DNA from: Myxococcales bacterium
Lineage (GTDB): Bacteria; Myxococcota_A; Polyangia; Polyangiales; Polyangiaceae
DNA length: 64,000 nt
Reading direction: 5' to 3'
Assembly: GCA_043747615.1 (NCBI GenBank)
Contig: JAYTOU010000060.1
Span: 1-64,000 of the forward strand
Under the pieces are notes generated by a model. The model saw nothing but the letters and a program-made list of their open reading frames with translations, was not told where the DNA came from and did no database searches. How positions within the stretch are numbered: the first letter of the stretch is position 1; every line of letters begins with the position of its first letter. The position numbers and the translations under genes were made by a program. Shown here one piece after another: positions 42,471-52,974 of this stretch.

Positions 42471-44717
42471 CTACTCGGCGATTAGAGAGGTGAGAGCGGC
42501 AGGCTCGAGGAGCTGCTTCACGCGGTCTTTGTCTACGTCGGCGACGATGATCTCTCCGACCTCGTCGTTCACGGCGCTGAAGACTCCGCGGAGCTTCATC
42601 TTCTCTGTCTGCCGGTGGTTGTCCTCGGTCGGCGTGAGGTAGTGCACCGAATCGATCTTGTAGCGATGGATGAGGAACAGCTGATTGAGCGTCATCAGCC
42701 GTTTGCGCCGGAGCTTCACGTCGAAGGTGTTCTGATCGCGGATGGAGAGGATGGCGCGACCGTGGCGATCTTGGATGGTGTCGAAGATCACGTTCGCGGC
42801 TTTGTCGCCCGCAGCGCTGAGAATGCTGAGCTCGAGGAGGTGGGACCCTGGGCTGTGCGGACGAAGCGACACGGTGAGACGACCCGCGATGTCGTGGCGT
42901 TTGCGCCACTGATCGAGCCAGCCCTCGAGCAGCTTCGGCGGCACCTCGGTGAGCACGTGGTGCTGAAACTGCGTCGAGCCCTTGCCCATGGCCTTCGTCG
43001 TCGACGTGCGTCCCGACAGCGCCATCAGCCCGGCGTCTGCGCGCGGGCCGCCGACGAGCGTCTGGGGCGTTCTGTAAGGCGACTCGAGCAAGCGGAACTG
43101 GCGCTGGAGACGCGCGAGGGCGAGCATCCCGTCTTGGCGGAGCGCTAATGCAAACTCTTCGCCCGCGAGGCCGTCGATCTGATGGCCACCGTAGGTGATG
43201 AAATTGAAGACGAAGCCTATCTTCCCGAGCTCCTCAGGGAAGCGACGCATCTGCTCATCGTTCAATCCGGCGGTGTCCCAGTTGAATGACGGCGACAGGT
43301 TGTAGGCCAGCATGCTGTTGGGATAAACCGCGTGAATCGCATCGGCGAAAACTTTCGCATCGTGGAGATCGGCGGTCTTCGTCTCCATCCAGATAACGTC
43401 GCAGTAGGGCGCAACGGCGAGTGACTTCGCGATCGCGTAGTCGATGCCGCCGCGTACCTGGTAGTAGCCGTCGGTCGTCTTGGCGTGCTCGCAGTCCCAC
43501 ACCACGTGGACGCCCATGCTCTTGGCCTTCTCGCTGATCGCGTAGAACGACGCGCGCGCCGCGAAGATGAGCCACTGCGATTCCGTGATCTCGAATTGCA
43601 CGCCTTCACTCGCAAGAAAGCGCATCTCTTCGGCGACGGCCTCGCCGTACGTCTTCACGTTGGCCTCGGCCTGCCAGATGTCGACGAAGCGATCGAAGAC
43701 CTTGTCGAGAGCCGCATCGACCCCGGTCCGACCATCTTTTTTGTAGTCCGCAACCGCTTCGTCGAGCAGCGCGGCGATCTCGGTTCCGTCTACCCACGCG
43801 TCGGCTGCGGCGTACTCTTCCTCGCTCGTTGCGTAGAGCTCGTGACCGGTAAGCTCCTCGATGCCCTTGCGGTAGAAGCGGCGCAGGATCGAGAGGAAGG
43901 CCACCTTGAAGCTCGGGATGCGGACGTTGGTGGCGCCGAGAATGAACGGCTGATCGCGCTCGTCGCTGCGGCCGTCGAGGAGAGTCGCGGACTCGGCGTC
44001 CGTACGGGCCACGATGATTCCGCACACCTGCATGATGTCGAGCTGAAAGCGCGCTGCGCTGAGGCGCTTGATCTGCTCGTCTTCGGAGACGAGCACTTTG
44101 CCCCCCTGGTGTCCGCACTTCTTCACCCCGGGCTTCTGATCCTCGATGTGGTAGCCGGGAACACCCACTTCTACGAAGCGACGAATCAGGTTTCGCACGT
44201 GCGCGTCGCCGCCGTGACCGGTGTCGGCGTCGGCGATGATGAACGGCCGAAAATCCACGATGGGGGTTGCCTTGCGCTGCTCCTCACTCATGCGGCAACG
44301 CGCGTGGAACTGGTTCTTGTCGGCCGTCAAGAGTGCGCGGACGATGGGCGCAGCTTCGTCGGGGACCTGGCTCAGCGGATACGACGCGAGGTCCGGTCCG
44401 GGATCCTCCTTCGCCGAGCCTTTCGCGCTCGTCGCCCAGCCGCCCAGGTAAATGCCCTCGATGCCTTGACGCTTGAGAGCTACCGCTTGCCCGGGCGAGT
44501 AGGGGCCGAACGTGGTGATGCATTGTTTCGCCTCGAACAGCTCGCGTAGGCGGGCGTGAAAGGCGGCAGCGGTGTCTCGAGCCACGGTGTAGTCGTTTCG
44601 GATCGTGCCGCGCTGCTCGACGACTTCGCGGGCCGTGTAGAGGCGCTTCATGCCGTGGAAGCGAGCGCTCTTGAACCACTCGCGCATTTCTGAGACTTGT
44701 TCGTCGAAGGTCGGCAT
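42471..44717 (-). CDS. aceA: Isocitrate lyase, long ICL2-type (748 aa)
   Basis: [32 protein letters not shown], plus a helical insert and a C-terminal extension (IRDQNTF...RKRLMTL...HYLTPTEDN). Confidence 0.95.
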   Translation of the reverse strand: MPTFDEQVSEMREWFKSARFHGMKRLYTAREVVEQRGTIRNDYTVARDTAAAFHARLRELFEAKQCITTFGPYSPGQAVALKRQGIEGIYLGGWATSAKGSAKEDPGPDLASYPLSQVPDEAAPIVRALLTADKNQFHARCRMSEEQRKATPIVDFRPFIIADADTGHGGDAHVRNLIRRFVEVGVPGYHIEDQKPGVKKCGHQGGKVLVSEDEQIKRLSAARFQLDIMQVCGIIVARTDAESATLLDGRSDERDQPFILGATNVRIPSFKVAFLSILRRFYRKGIEELTGHELYATSEEEYAAADAWVDGTEIAALLDEAVADYKKDGRTGVDAALDKVFDRFVDIWQAEANVKTYGEAVAEEMRFLASEGVQFEITESQWLIFAARASFYAISEKAKSMGVHVVWDCEHAKTTDGYYQVRGGIDYAIAKSLAVAPYCDVIWMETKTADLHDAKVFADAIHAVYPNSMLAYNLSPSFNWDTAGLNDEQMRRFPEELGKIGFVFNFITYGGHQIDGLAGEEFALALRQDGMLALARLQRQFRLLESPYRTPQTLVGGPRADAGLMALSGRTSTTKAMGKGSTQFQHHVLTEVPPKLLEGWLDQWRKRHDIAGRLTVSLRPHSPGSHLLELSILSAAGDKAANVIFDTIQDRHGRAILSIRDQNTFDVKLRRKRLMTLNQLFLIHRYKIDSVHYLTPTEDNHRQTEKMKLRGVFSAVNDEVGEIIVADVDKDRVKQLLEPAALTSLIAE

Positions 44718-44854
44718 CGAGACATCTTACCGAGATGCTGGCCGCAGCGCGTCAAAAGGTAGCGACGGGGCGCTAGGCTCCTAGCTCGCTCGTCGGGCGA
44801 TGCGCGCGGAACGGGTCGGAGGCGCGGCGATGGCGTCCGCCGTTCGTGGGACGC

Positions 44855-45883
44855 CTACCAGTCGATGATCGCGGAGCCCCAGGTGAAACCGGAGCCGAAT
44901 GCGACGCACGCCACCTTCATTCCGCGCTTCAATTTCCCGTTGCGTGCGGACTCGGCGAGCAAGATCGGGATCGTCGCCGCGGTGGTATTTCCGTAACGCT
45001 GGATGTTGTGCACGAGCTTCTCTTCAGGGAGCTTGAGGGAGTTTGCGACGTACTGGTTGATCCGCATGTTCGCCTGGTGGAAGACGAAAAGATCGATCGC
45101 CTCGGGGCCGATGTTCTGAGCCCAGCACGCTTGCATGAGGGCGAGGCACATCTTCTCGACGGCGTGCTTGAACACGATTTTTCCGTCCATCTGTGCCCAC
45201 ATATGATCAGGCGCGACCTGCCCGACCCCTTCGGCGTTGTTCGGGATGAAGGGGCGCTTCGAGATGTCCCACACCTTTTGAGAGAGCGTGTGGGCGTAGC
45301 GACCATCGGCGCCGAGCCACGTGCCGCGCACGCCGCGATCCTCGGTCGTCGCGCTCACGATCACCGCGCCCGCACCATCGCCGAAGAGCGACGCAATCTG
45401 ACGCCCGCGCGTCGTCAAGTCCATCGCGGCGGAGTGCGTCTCTGCTCCGACGAGAAGGACGTGCTTCGCCTTTCCCGATTCCACCATCGCGCTGGCCGTT
45501 GCCAGCCCGTAGAGGAAGCCCGAGCACTGGTTGCGGATGTCGAGCGCGGGGACGAACTTGGGCGAATCGCCGTCGCAGAGGCCCAGCTTCTGCTGAAGGA
45601 ACACGCCGCTCCCTGGAAAGCAGTGGTCGGGCGAGAGCGTCGCGAAGACGATGAGGTCGAGATCCTTCTTGTCGATGCCGGCGTCTTTGATCGCGTCCTC
45701 GGAGGCCTTGAGCGCGAGATCCGCGCTTCCGACGCCTTCATCGGCGAAGCGCCGGGCCTCGATGCCGGTGCGCTGGACGATCCACTCGTGGGTGGTGTCG
45801 ATGCCCATCGCCGCAAGATCATCGTTGGTGACAACACGCGGGGGAACATAGAAACCGGTCCCGGAGATGTAAGCGTTCGTCAT
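44855..45883 (-). CDS. fabH: 3-oxoacyl-ACP synthase III
   Basis: Cys-His-Asn triad: NQCSGF, HQANMRI, YGNTTAA; also FGDGAGA and FGSGFTWG. Confidence 0.92.
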   Translation of the reverse strand: MTNAYISGTGFYVPPRVVTNDDLAAMGIDTTHEWIVQRTGIEARRFADEGVGSADLALKASEDAIKDAGIDKKDLDLIVFATLSPDHCFPGSGVFLQQKLGLCDGDSPKFVPALDIRNQCSGFLYGLATASAMVESGKAKHVLLVGAETHSAAMDLTTRGRQIASLFGDGAGAVIVSATTEDRGVRGTWLGADGRYAHTLSQKVWDISKRPFIPNNAEGVGQVAPDHMWAQMDGKIVFKHAVEKMCLALMQACWAQNIGPEAIDLFVFHQANMRINQYVANSLKLPEEKLVHNIQRYGNTTAATIPILLAESARNGKLKRGMKVACVAFGSGFTWGSAIIDW

Positions 45884-45951
45884 GGATCGACACTACCAGC
45901 TCATGGGCCGTTGCACGCGACGCGCGCGCCCAATTCGGCTACATCCAGGAA

Positions 45952-46905
45952 ATGAAATATCGGCAGCTCGGCAAGAGCGACCTGAAGGTTTCGGAAATTT
46001 CCCTGGGATCGTGGCTCACCTTCGGAAAGGGCGTCGAGCGCGACAAAGCCGAAGCATGTGTGAAGCGCGCCTTCGAGTGCGGCATCAACTTCATCGACAC
46101 CGCGAACATCTACGGAAAGGGCGCCGCTGAGTCGTTCCTGGGTGAAGCGCTTGCCGGCGTTCCGCGCGCGTCGTACGTGCTCGCGACCAAGCTCTTCTTT
46201 CCGATGACGGCCACCGATCGCGGACTCTCTCGTGCCCAGATCACGAAGCAGCTCGATGCCTCGCTCGCGCGCCTGAAGACCGACCACGTCGATCTCTACC
46301 AGTGCCATCGCTATGACGCGTCGACGCCGCTCGACGAGACGATGCTCGCGCTCACCGAGGCCGTGAAGAAGGGAAAAACGAGGTACATCGGCTTCAGTGA
46401 ATGGGCACCCGCACAAATCCGTGCGTCGCTCGCCGTGCCTGGCGCCACCCGCTTCGTGTCGAGCCAGCCGCAGTACTCGATGCTCTGGCGCGCGCCGGAA
46501 GCCGAGGTGATCCCGCTCTCTGCGGCGGAGGGCATCTCGCAGATCGTGTGGTCACCGCTCGCGCAGGGCGTGCTCACCGGAAAATACAAACCGGGCCAGG
46601 CAGTGCCCACGGACTCACGTGCGGCGAGCGAGTCGATGGGCGGTTTCATGGGAAAAGAGCTCCTCAACGACAAGGTGCTCACCGCGGTCGATCGACTCCG
46701 GCCCATCGCAAAAGAGGCGGGCCTATCGATGGCTCAGCTCGCCCTTGCGTGGGTGCTGCGCAACCCCAACGTAGCCTCCGCTATCATCGGCGCGAGCCGG
46801 GTTGAGCAGGTCGACGACAACGCCAAGGCGTCCGGAGTCGTGCTCGGCGCCGACGTCCTCGAGGCAATCGACGTCGCCCTCGAAGGCGCGTTCGAGCGCT
46901 GGTAG
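45952..46905 (+). CDS. Aldo/keto reductase (Kv-beta-like)
   Basis: LGSWLTFG, IDTANIYG, LYQCHRYD, WSPLAQGVLTGKY, IIGAS. Confidence 0.93.
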   Translation: MKYRQLGKSDLKVSEISLGSWLTFGKGVERDKAEACVKRAFECGINFIDTANIYGKGAAESFLGEALAGVPRASYVLATKLFFPMTATDRGLSRAQITKQLDASLARLKTDHVDLYQCHRYDASTPLDETMLALTEAVKKGKTRYIGFSEWAPAQIRASLAVPGATRFVSSQPQYSMLWRAPEAEVIPLSAAEGISQIVWSPLAQGVLTGKYKPGQAVPTDSRAASESMGGFMGKELLNDKVLTAVDRLRPIAKEAGLSMAQLALAWVLRNPNVASAIIGASRVEQVDDNAKASGVVLGADVLEAIDVALEGAFERW

Positions 46906-46917
46906 ATTGCGACCACG

Positions 46918-48009
46918 ATGGGCAACAGCTTCGGCACTATTTTTCGGGTAACGACGTGGGGCGAATCGCACGGTGGAGCGATGGGCGCGGTGGTCGATGG
47001 GTGCCCGCCGCTGCTCGAGCTGTCGGAAGCGGATCTGCAGCCTGATCTCGATCGCCGGCGGCCCGGACAGAGCTCGATCGTCACCCAGAGAAAAGAGACC
47101 GACACCATCCGCATCCAGAGCGGCGTCTTCGAAGGACGAACCCTGGGCACCCCGATCGGCATGGTGATCGCCAACGAAGACCAGCGCTCTGGTGACTACA
47201 GCGACGTCAAAGAAAAGTACCGCCCGAGCCACGCCGACTACACCTATGACGCCAAGTACGGCATCCGCGACTACCGTGGCGGTGGTCGAACGAGCGCGCG
47301 CGAAACCGCGGGGCGCGTGGCAGCCGGAGCGATCGCCAAGAAGCTCATGAAGGTGCGCCACGCCGTCGAGATCGTGGCCTGGGTCTCGAAGGTCGGAACG
47401 ATCGTCGCCGACTGCGACGTCGAATCCGTCACCCTCGAGGCGGTCGAGCAGACACCGGTGCGCTGCCCGGAGCTGGGGATCGCGACGGAAATGATCGCGG
47501 CCATTGAAGCCGCACGCAAAGCCGGAAATTCGTTGGGCGGCGTGATCACGTGCGCGGTTCGCGGCGCTCCGCCCGGGTGGGGCGAGCCGGTGTTCGATCG
47601 CCTGGAAGCGGATCTGGCGAAGGCCATGCTGAGCCTACCGGCGACGAAGGGTTTCGAGATCGGGTCGGGCTTCGCGGGAACGGATCTGACCGGCGCCGAT
47701 CACAACGACGCGTTCTACATGGTCGGCGATCGGGTGCGCACCCGATCGAACCGCAGCGGGGGCGTTCAGGGCGGCATCTCCAACGGCGAAACGATCTACT
47801 TCCGCGTGGCCTTCAAGCCGACCGCCACGATCATGCGCGCGCAGGACACCGTCAACATCCGCCACGAGGACACCACGATCTCGGGGCGCGGGCGTCACGA
47901 TGCATGCGTGCTTCCACGCGCGGTGGTGATGGTGGAAGCGATGGCGGCGCTGGTGATGGCCGACCACGCACTCCGTCACGCCGCGGTGCGACCCGGCTCA
48001 GGCGGTTAG
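46918..48009 (+). CDS. aroC: Chorismate synthase
   Basis: [35 protein letters not shown]. Confidence 0.98.
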   Translation: MGNSFGTIFRVTTWGESHGGAMGAVVDGCPPLLELSEADLQPDLDRRRPGQSSIVTQRKETDTIRIQSGVFEGRTLGTPIGMVIANEDQRSGDYSDVKEKYRPSHADYTYDAKYGIRDYRGGGRTSARETAGRVAAGAIAKKLMKVRHAVEIVAWVSKVGTIVADCDVESVTLEAVEQTPVRCPELGIATEMIAAIEAARKAGNSLGGVITCAVRGAPPGWGEPVFDRLEADLAKAMLSLPATKGFEIGSGFAGTDLTGADHNDAFYMVGDRVRTRSNRSGGVQGGISNGETIYFRVAFKPTATIMRAQDTVNIRHEDTTISGRGRHDACVLPRAVVMVEAMAALVMADHALRHAAVRPGSGG

Positions 48010-48067
48010 CCGTCTTGCCCGGTGATCGAGGTAGAGCGATGGCGGAACGAGAGTAGAGTTCGACCGC

Positions 48068-48172
48068 GTGCAGACGAGCGAGATCATCTTCTTAGCAATC
48101 GCCGTCCTCCTTCCCGTGGGGGGCGGCGCGACCCTCTTCTATTTCCTCACCCGCCGCACCAGGAAGCCTTGA
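48068..48172 (+). CDS. Putative 34-aa single-pass membrane protein
   Basis: Manual translation MQTSEIIFLAIAVLLPVGGGATLFYFLTRRTRKP*; TAGAGT 8 nt upstream of the GTG. Confidence 0.55.
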   Translation: MQTSEIIFLAIAVLLPVGGGATLFYFLTRRTRKP

Positions 48173-48308
48173 ACGACATTCGCCGAGTAGAGCGGAGCGA
48201 GGGACGCGCGGCCGCGGGGATGCTCTCCCTGCTTCCTCAACGGATAGGGAGACGAGACGTGCGCCGAGCTCGGCTGTCTGCGAATGCGGCTCATGAGACG
48301 GAGCCCCG

Positions 48309-48971
48309 TTAGCCGGTAGGTCGGAGGGCGTGGACGGCGTCGAAGATGTTGCGCATCAAGTGGAGCGAGGTCTCGAGGACGTCGACGACGCCATCCTGAA
48401 GCGCGCGGTCGCCCGCGCACGATGAGCCGAGAACGTCTTTCACCTCTTCGAGGTGCGCCTTGTCGATCACCGAGTGCGCCACGAGAAAGCTGAGCTGGGA
48501 CGGCTGCAACTTGAGGTCGCGGCGAAGTGATACGAGGAAATCTTCGAGGTATGGATAGCAACCTTCGGCCCAGTAACTGTAGCCGAGACGCGCCGTCGGA
48601 TCGCGTTCCTTCAGCCGAAAGAGATACCCGACGAAGGCCTCCGTCTCCGGGAGCGGCTTCGCGTTTCGCACCTCGTCGGGCGAGACGCCGATGGTCTCGA
48701 GGTCCTTCAGCACCATGAGATCGTGCCCAGCTTCGGTATATGCATGATGCAAGCAATACTTGAGGAGCGCCAAGCGATCGGAGGTCAGTGAGACGGCCAT
48801 CAGCGCCTGATTTTGCGCGTTGAAGCGGGTGTAGTGAAAGATCTGCTTCATCAGCGTGACGTAGAAATCGCGATCGATGCCCTTCTTCAGACGCTGCCAA
48901 GAAGCGCTCGCGTGGATGGCGCGCCACGCGTCGCGTTCGGTGTTCTGGAGCCGCTCGAAGAACTCGTCCAT
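48309..48971 (-). CDS. Heme-oxygenase-like diiron enzyme (HDO, CADD/TenA-like fold)
   Basis: Predicted helical protein with ligand pattern HAYTEAGH...AEG...HSVIDKAH. Start overlaps the upstream stop (GTGATG). Confidence 0.8.
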   Translation of the reverse strand: MDEFFERLQNTERDAWRAIHASASWQRLKKGIDRDFYVTLMKQIFHYTRFNAQNQALMAVSLTSDRLALLKYCLHHAYTEAGHDLMVLKDLETIGVSPDEVRNAKPLPETEAFVGYLFRLKERDPTARLGYSYWAEGCYPYLEDFLVSLRRDLKLQPSQLSFLVAHSVIDKAHLEEVKDVLGSSCAGDRALQDGVVDVLETSLHLMRNIFDAVHALRPTG

Positions 48972-49627
48972 CACGTGCCTGCTTTCCTCTGTTGTTGTCT
49001 CGCTTCCGTAGAAATGTCCCAACCCTGCGTGGCGAGGCGACGCAAGACCGCGGGCTGCGACGCCTCCATGTCGCCGTAGATCACGACGTACCTGCGGGCC
49101 GTCGGACGCCCGCGGAGCGTGAGCTCTTCGTCGCTCGTGAGCTTCATCCCCAGGCGCGCGTAGAGGCGGACCAGAGGCCGCGTGCATACCGCGAAGTTGT
49201 AGCGAAACGAGGTCTGCTCGAGGAGCCACGTGCCCGCCATGAGAAGCATTGCTTCGACGAGGCCGGTTGCGCGCCACCCGCGACGAATGACGACGCGGCT
49301 GGTCTCGACGAGTGAGTGCGCGGGTACCGCCGGCAAGGTCCACGCGGTCACGAGATCGTCTAGCTCGAAGCGACCACGAAGAGGCACGGTGAAACGGCAG
49401 GTGGCGACGGGGTCGCGCTCTCCCAGGCATAAGCAGGCGAAGACGTAGGAGCGTTCGTCGTATACGTCGGCGGCGGGATGGAGCCCTTGGCGACCTTGGG
49501 AAGACAGAAGGTAGGGCTGCGTCGCGGCGTAGGTGTCTTGCCTCAGTTCATAGACCGCGGCGCGGGCAGCGGCCGTTTGTGCGAGCTCCACCGTGTACCT
49601 CTTGTCGCCGTTCCGCGCGGTTGCCAT
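48971..49627 (-). CDS. GNAT-fold N-acyltransferase of the FeeM (N-acyl amino acid synthase)/LuxI type
   Basis: VYELRQDTY, DVYD, ATCRF, VETSR, LYARLGM. Confidence 0.75.
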   Translation of the reverse strand: MATARNGDKRYTVELAQTAAARAAVYELRQDTYAATQPYLLSSQGRQGLHPAADVYDERSYVFACLCLGERDPVATCRFTVPLRGRFELDDLVTAWTLPAVPAHSLVETSRVVIRRGWRATGLVEAMLLMAGTWLLEQTSFRYNFAVCTRPLVRLYARLGMKLTSDEELTLRGRPTARRYVVIYGDMEASQPAVLRRLATQGWDISTEARQQQRKAGT

Positions 49628-49686
49628 CCTAAATCAGCTACGCCTCGCCGACCCGTTCGGATCCGTCGGGCGTATCGTCTCCTGAG

Positions 49687-50625
49687 ATGACGCCGCCCAC
49701 CTACTCGGAAAGCCTCATCAACTACTTTCGCGGCTGGCGATATCCGTTCTTCGGAACGATCTTCCTCTACGTGCTCATGGTGCTCGGGTGGGTAGGCCTC
49801 GGCGGCGGGCTCGCGGATCTGGGCTCGGCATCGCTCCGGCACGTCGGGCTGGGAGCGCTTGCGGCGACGCTTCTGCTCTTTGGAATTTTTCTCCTCAACG
49901 ACGCGGCCGATCGACACGTCGACGCGCGCGTGCATCCCGATCGACCGATCCCAAAAGGGCTCTCGGACTGGAAGCACGTCGCGGCCACGGCCGTGGTCCT
50001 CATGCTCGCTGCTTGTGTCTTGAGCGCGTTCGTCAACCCGGTGAGCCTCGCGGTGGCAGCGGCGATGACGGCGTACGCGCTGCTTTTCTATGGCTGGGTG
50101 AAGGGCGGGCTCGATGTGCCAGGCTCGTCGGAAATCCTGACGCCTGTCGTCTCTGCGCTCTTCCCCCTCTACGCGCTCTCGGTTGCGGGTTGCGAGGACC
50201 CGCGCATCTTCGCCGGCGTGGTTGGGTACATCTATCTCGCGGACTTCTCCCAGGACCTGCTCGGCGGCATTCACGACCAGGCCGGAGACCGTGTCGGCAA
50301 CGTGCGCACCTTCGCGCTGGCAATCGGGCCGACAAGGACCCTCGTGGTCTCGCTCGCGTGCTTCGTGCTCGCCACTGCTGCAGGAGCCTCGCTCGTCGTC
50401 GGCGGTCATCTCGGCGTGGTCTACGCCCTGGTTCTAGCGGGAGTTACGGCGACCATGCTTGCACTATACACGCGATTATTTCGCATGGCGCGCGGACGCG
50501 AAGCCGATGATCCTGCGCTACTCACGGCCGCCGACCGCGCAAACCACCTGGCGGGAATGTTCTTCTTCATCGTGTCTGCAGCGACGTTTCTCGATCACGT
50601 CGTCCGCCGACTGCTAGGCCGCTGA
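49687..50625 (+). CDS. UbiA-family prenyltransferase
   Basis: NDAADRHVD...PDRPIP; second acidic motif HDQAGD...RTF; multi-TM. Confidence 0.88.
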   Translation: MTPPTYSESLINYFRGWRYPFFGTIFLYVLMVLGWVGLGGGLADLGSASLRHVGLGALAATLLLFGIFLLNDAADRHVDARVHPDRPIPKGLSDWKHVAATAVVLMLAACVLSAFVNPVSLAVAAAMTAYALLFYGWVKGGLDVPGSSEILTPVVSALFPLYALSVAGCEDPRIFAGVVGYIYLADFSQDLLGGIHDQAGDRVGNVRTFALAIGPTRTLVVSLACFVLATAAGASLVVGGHLGVVYALVLAGVTATMLALYTRLFRMARGREADDPALLTAADRANHLAGMFFFIVSAATFLDHVVRRLLGR

Positions 50626-50671
50626 GACCGTGGTACGCTCGTGCGGGCTCTGAAAAAAAGAGGAACACTCC

Positions 50672-52324
50672 ATGCGTGCACTGAAGCTGCTGTTGCCCGC
50701 CTCCGTGATCTTGGTTTCATCGCTCGCCGCACAAGCATGCGGCGACTCGAGCGCTGCGAACCCAGACTCTGACGGCGGCCTCGCGGACGGAACGGTATCT
50801 GGGGACGGCGCCGCCTCTCAAGACGGAAGCGCCGCGGACGCGCCGGCAGACGGAACCGCGATCACCCCGCAAGGCCCCTCGGTGCTCGAGTTTCACAAGC
50901 ACCCCTCACGCAACGGCGTGTACGTCGACGCTCTCATCACCAAGGCCAAGGCTGCGACGATCCACAAGGACCCCGCATTTCAAGCGACCATCGCTGGCCA
51001 CGTCTTTTCGCAGGTGCTCTACGCAGAGAATGGACCGGGCGGTAAAGAGGCCGTCTTCGTCGCCACCGAGAGCAACAACGTCTACGCCCTCGATGCCTCG
51101 AGCGGCGCGCAGCTGTGGATGACGAAGCTCGGTCCTGAGATGACCGATCATCCATCGTTCACGGGATGCGGCAACCTCACACCGCTCGGGGTTACCTCGA
51201 CCCCCATCATCGATCTCGCTGCGCGCCGCATGTACGTGGGAGCAGTGGTCGCGGCGGTGGGCGGAGTCGCTCCCATGTTCCAAAAAGTTTTCGCCCTCTC
51301 CCTGGACGACGGCAAGCCCGTGACCGGGAGCGGTTGGCCCCTGGATCTCGAGACGGCAGTCCCGGGCTTCAAGTCGCAATGGCAGAGCCAACGCGGCGCG
51401 CTCGCGCTCATGAAGGGGACACTCTACGTCCCCTACGGTGGATACGTTGGAGATTGCGGCGCGTACCGCGGACGCGTAGTCGGCATCGCGACGGCGACGG
51501 GCACGGTCGTGAACAACTATGTGACGGCCTCAGATGTCTCGGGCATCTGGTCACCAGGCGGCCTCGCCTCCGACGGAACGAACATCTACGCAACGACCGG
51601 AAATGCACCCGGTGGAACCGCAACCTGGGGAGGTCAAGAAGCCGTCCTTCGCCTCCAGGCTGGCCCGACTTTCAGCAACACCGCCGCGGATTACTTCGCG
51701 CCGTCGAACTGGCAGGAGATGGACACCAACGACAAAGACATGTGCGGCGCCGGGCCCGTGCTCGTCGACGTCCCAGGTGCGACACCGTCGAAGCTCGTCC
51801 TCGGGATGAGCAAGCTGGGCGTCGTCCACCTCCTCGATCGCAGCAACCTTGGCGGCATCGGCACCGGAGATGGCGGCACCGGCGAAGGCCTCGCAAGCAA
51901 GCCGGTCATCGGCGGAGAGATTCACACGGCGGCTGCCACGTACGCGACGCGCTTGGGCACATACGTCGTCTTCAACGGAGACACCGGGGGCATCGATTGC
52001 CCGGGCGCGACCGCCGGCAGTCTCGTCGCGATCAAGATCACGCCGACCGCGCCTCCGACGATCAGCGTCGCATGGTGCGCAACCCCGCCCGGCCAAGGCG
52101 CTCCGATGGTGACCACCACCGATGGGCAGAACGAGACCCTCGTGTGGGTGAGCGGTTCGAGCACGTTGCGCGCCTTCGACGGAGACACGGGCGCGCCGGT
52201 GTTTCCCGGCGGGGGCGCTGCGGAAGCCATGGGCAACGTGAGGCACTGGGTTCCGCCAATCGCGGCGAAGGGTCGCGTCCTCATCGCGGGCGACAACGCG
52301 GTTTACGCATTCACGGTAAAGTGA
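50672..52324 (+). CDS. Lipoprotein with a PQQ-like beta-propeller
   Basis: RBS GAGG, lipobox AQAC, VYALDASSGAQLW, GVTSTPIID, LRAFDGDTG. Confidence 0.8.
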   Translation: MRALKLLLPASVILVSSLAAQACGDSSAANPDSDGGLADGTVSGDGAASQDGSAADAPADGTAITPQGPSVLEFHKHPSRNGVYVDALITKAKAATIHKDPAFQATIAGHVFSQVLYAENGPGGKEAVFVATESNNVYALDASSGAQLWMTKLGPEMTDHPSFTGCGNLTPLGVTSTPIIDLAARRMYVGAVVAAVGGVAPMFQKVFALSLDDGKPVTGSGWPLDLETAVPGFKSQWQSQRGALALMKGTLYVPYGGYVGDCGAYRGRVVGIATATGTVVNNYVTASDVSGIWSPGGLASDGTNIYATTGNAPGGTATWGGQEAVLRLQAGPTFSNTAADYFAPSNWQEMDTNDKDMCGAGPVLVDVPGATPSKLVLGMSKLGVVHLLDRSNLGGIGTGDGGTGEGLASKPVIGGEIHTAAATYATRLGTYVVFNGDTGGIDCPGATAGSLVAIKITPTAPPTISVAWCATPPGQGAPMVTTTDGQNETLVWVSGSSTLRAFDGDTGAPVFPGGGAAEAMGNVRHWVPPIAAKGRVLIAGDNAVYAFTVK

Positions 52325-52893
52325 AACCCAGTCGTCTCGCCTCCCTGTCTCTCGACTTCGCTGGCTGGAAGTACGAGGGCGACGTGCCCACCGAGAAGAA
52401 GTGCGTCTGCCTCGCGGTGCCCCACACCAGCAACTGGGACGGGCTTCTTCTCGTCACCATCCTGCGAAGCATCGGGCTGCCCATGGAGTGGATGATCAAA
52501 GACTCGTGGCTCAAAGGTCCCCTCGGTCCGATCGTGCGCGGCGCGGGCGGCCTCGGCATCAATCGCAGCCATGCGAGCAACGTCGTCGATCAGATGATCG
52601 CGCAATTTCGCACGCGCGATACGTTCGTGCTCGGGATCCCGCCGGAAGGCACGCGCTCCCTCGCAGCGCACTGGAAATCGGGTTTTTATCACATAGCGGT
52701 CGGCGCGAACGTTCCCGTCGTTCCAGGCTATCTCGACTACGGACGCAAGCGCGCAGGACTCGGCAAGGGCATCATGATGACCGGCAACGTGCGCGAAGAC
52801 ATGGATCGAATCCGCGCCTACTACGCCGAAAAAAAACCGCTCGGCTACGACCACGCGAACTTCGGCCCCATCCGCCTGCGTGAGGAATCCTAG
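52321..52893 (+). CDS. PlsC-family (1-acyl-glycerol-3-phosphate) acyltransferase
   Basis: PHTSNWD (HX4D), PPEGTR, WKSGFYHIA. GTG start overlaps the upstream stop. Confidence 0.9.
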   Translation: MKPSRLASLSLDFAGWKYEGDVPTEKKCVCLAVPHTSNWDGLLLVTILRSIGLPMEWMIKDSWLKGPLGPIVRGAGGLGINRSHASNVVDQMIAQFRTRDTFVLGIPPEGTRSLAAHWKSGFYHIAVGANVPVVPGYLDYGRKRAGLGKGIMMTGNVREDMDRIRAYYAEKKPLGYDHANFGPIRLREES

Positions 52894-52974
52894 CGGAGCT
52901 CGCTGTGCTGATGCTTCTCCGGCGGAAACTCGTATCTCGTGCGAGTCTCGCGGAGTGATCCGAAGACTTCGCTC

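Noticed and set aside
44855..48009. fabH, aldo/keto reductase and aroC as part of the acyltransferase-HDO-UbiA cluster
   Set aside because: They look like ordinary housekeeping genes in separate transcription units; adjacency alone is insufficient.
48971..49627. Calling the acyltransferase a LuxI quorum-sensing synthase
   Set aside because: The conserved N-terminal Trp of LuxI is not evident and no luxR is nearby; only the broader fold is supportable.
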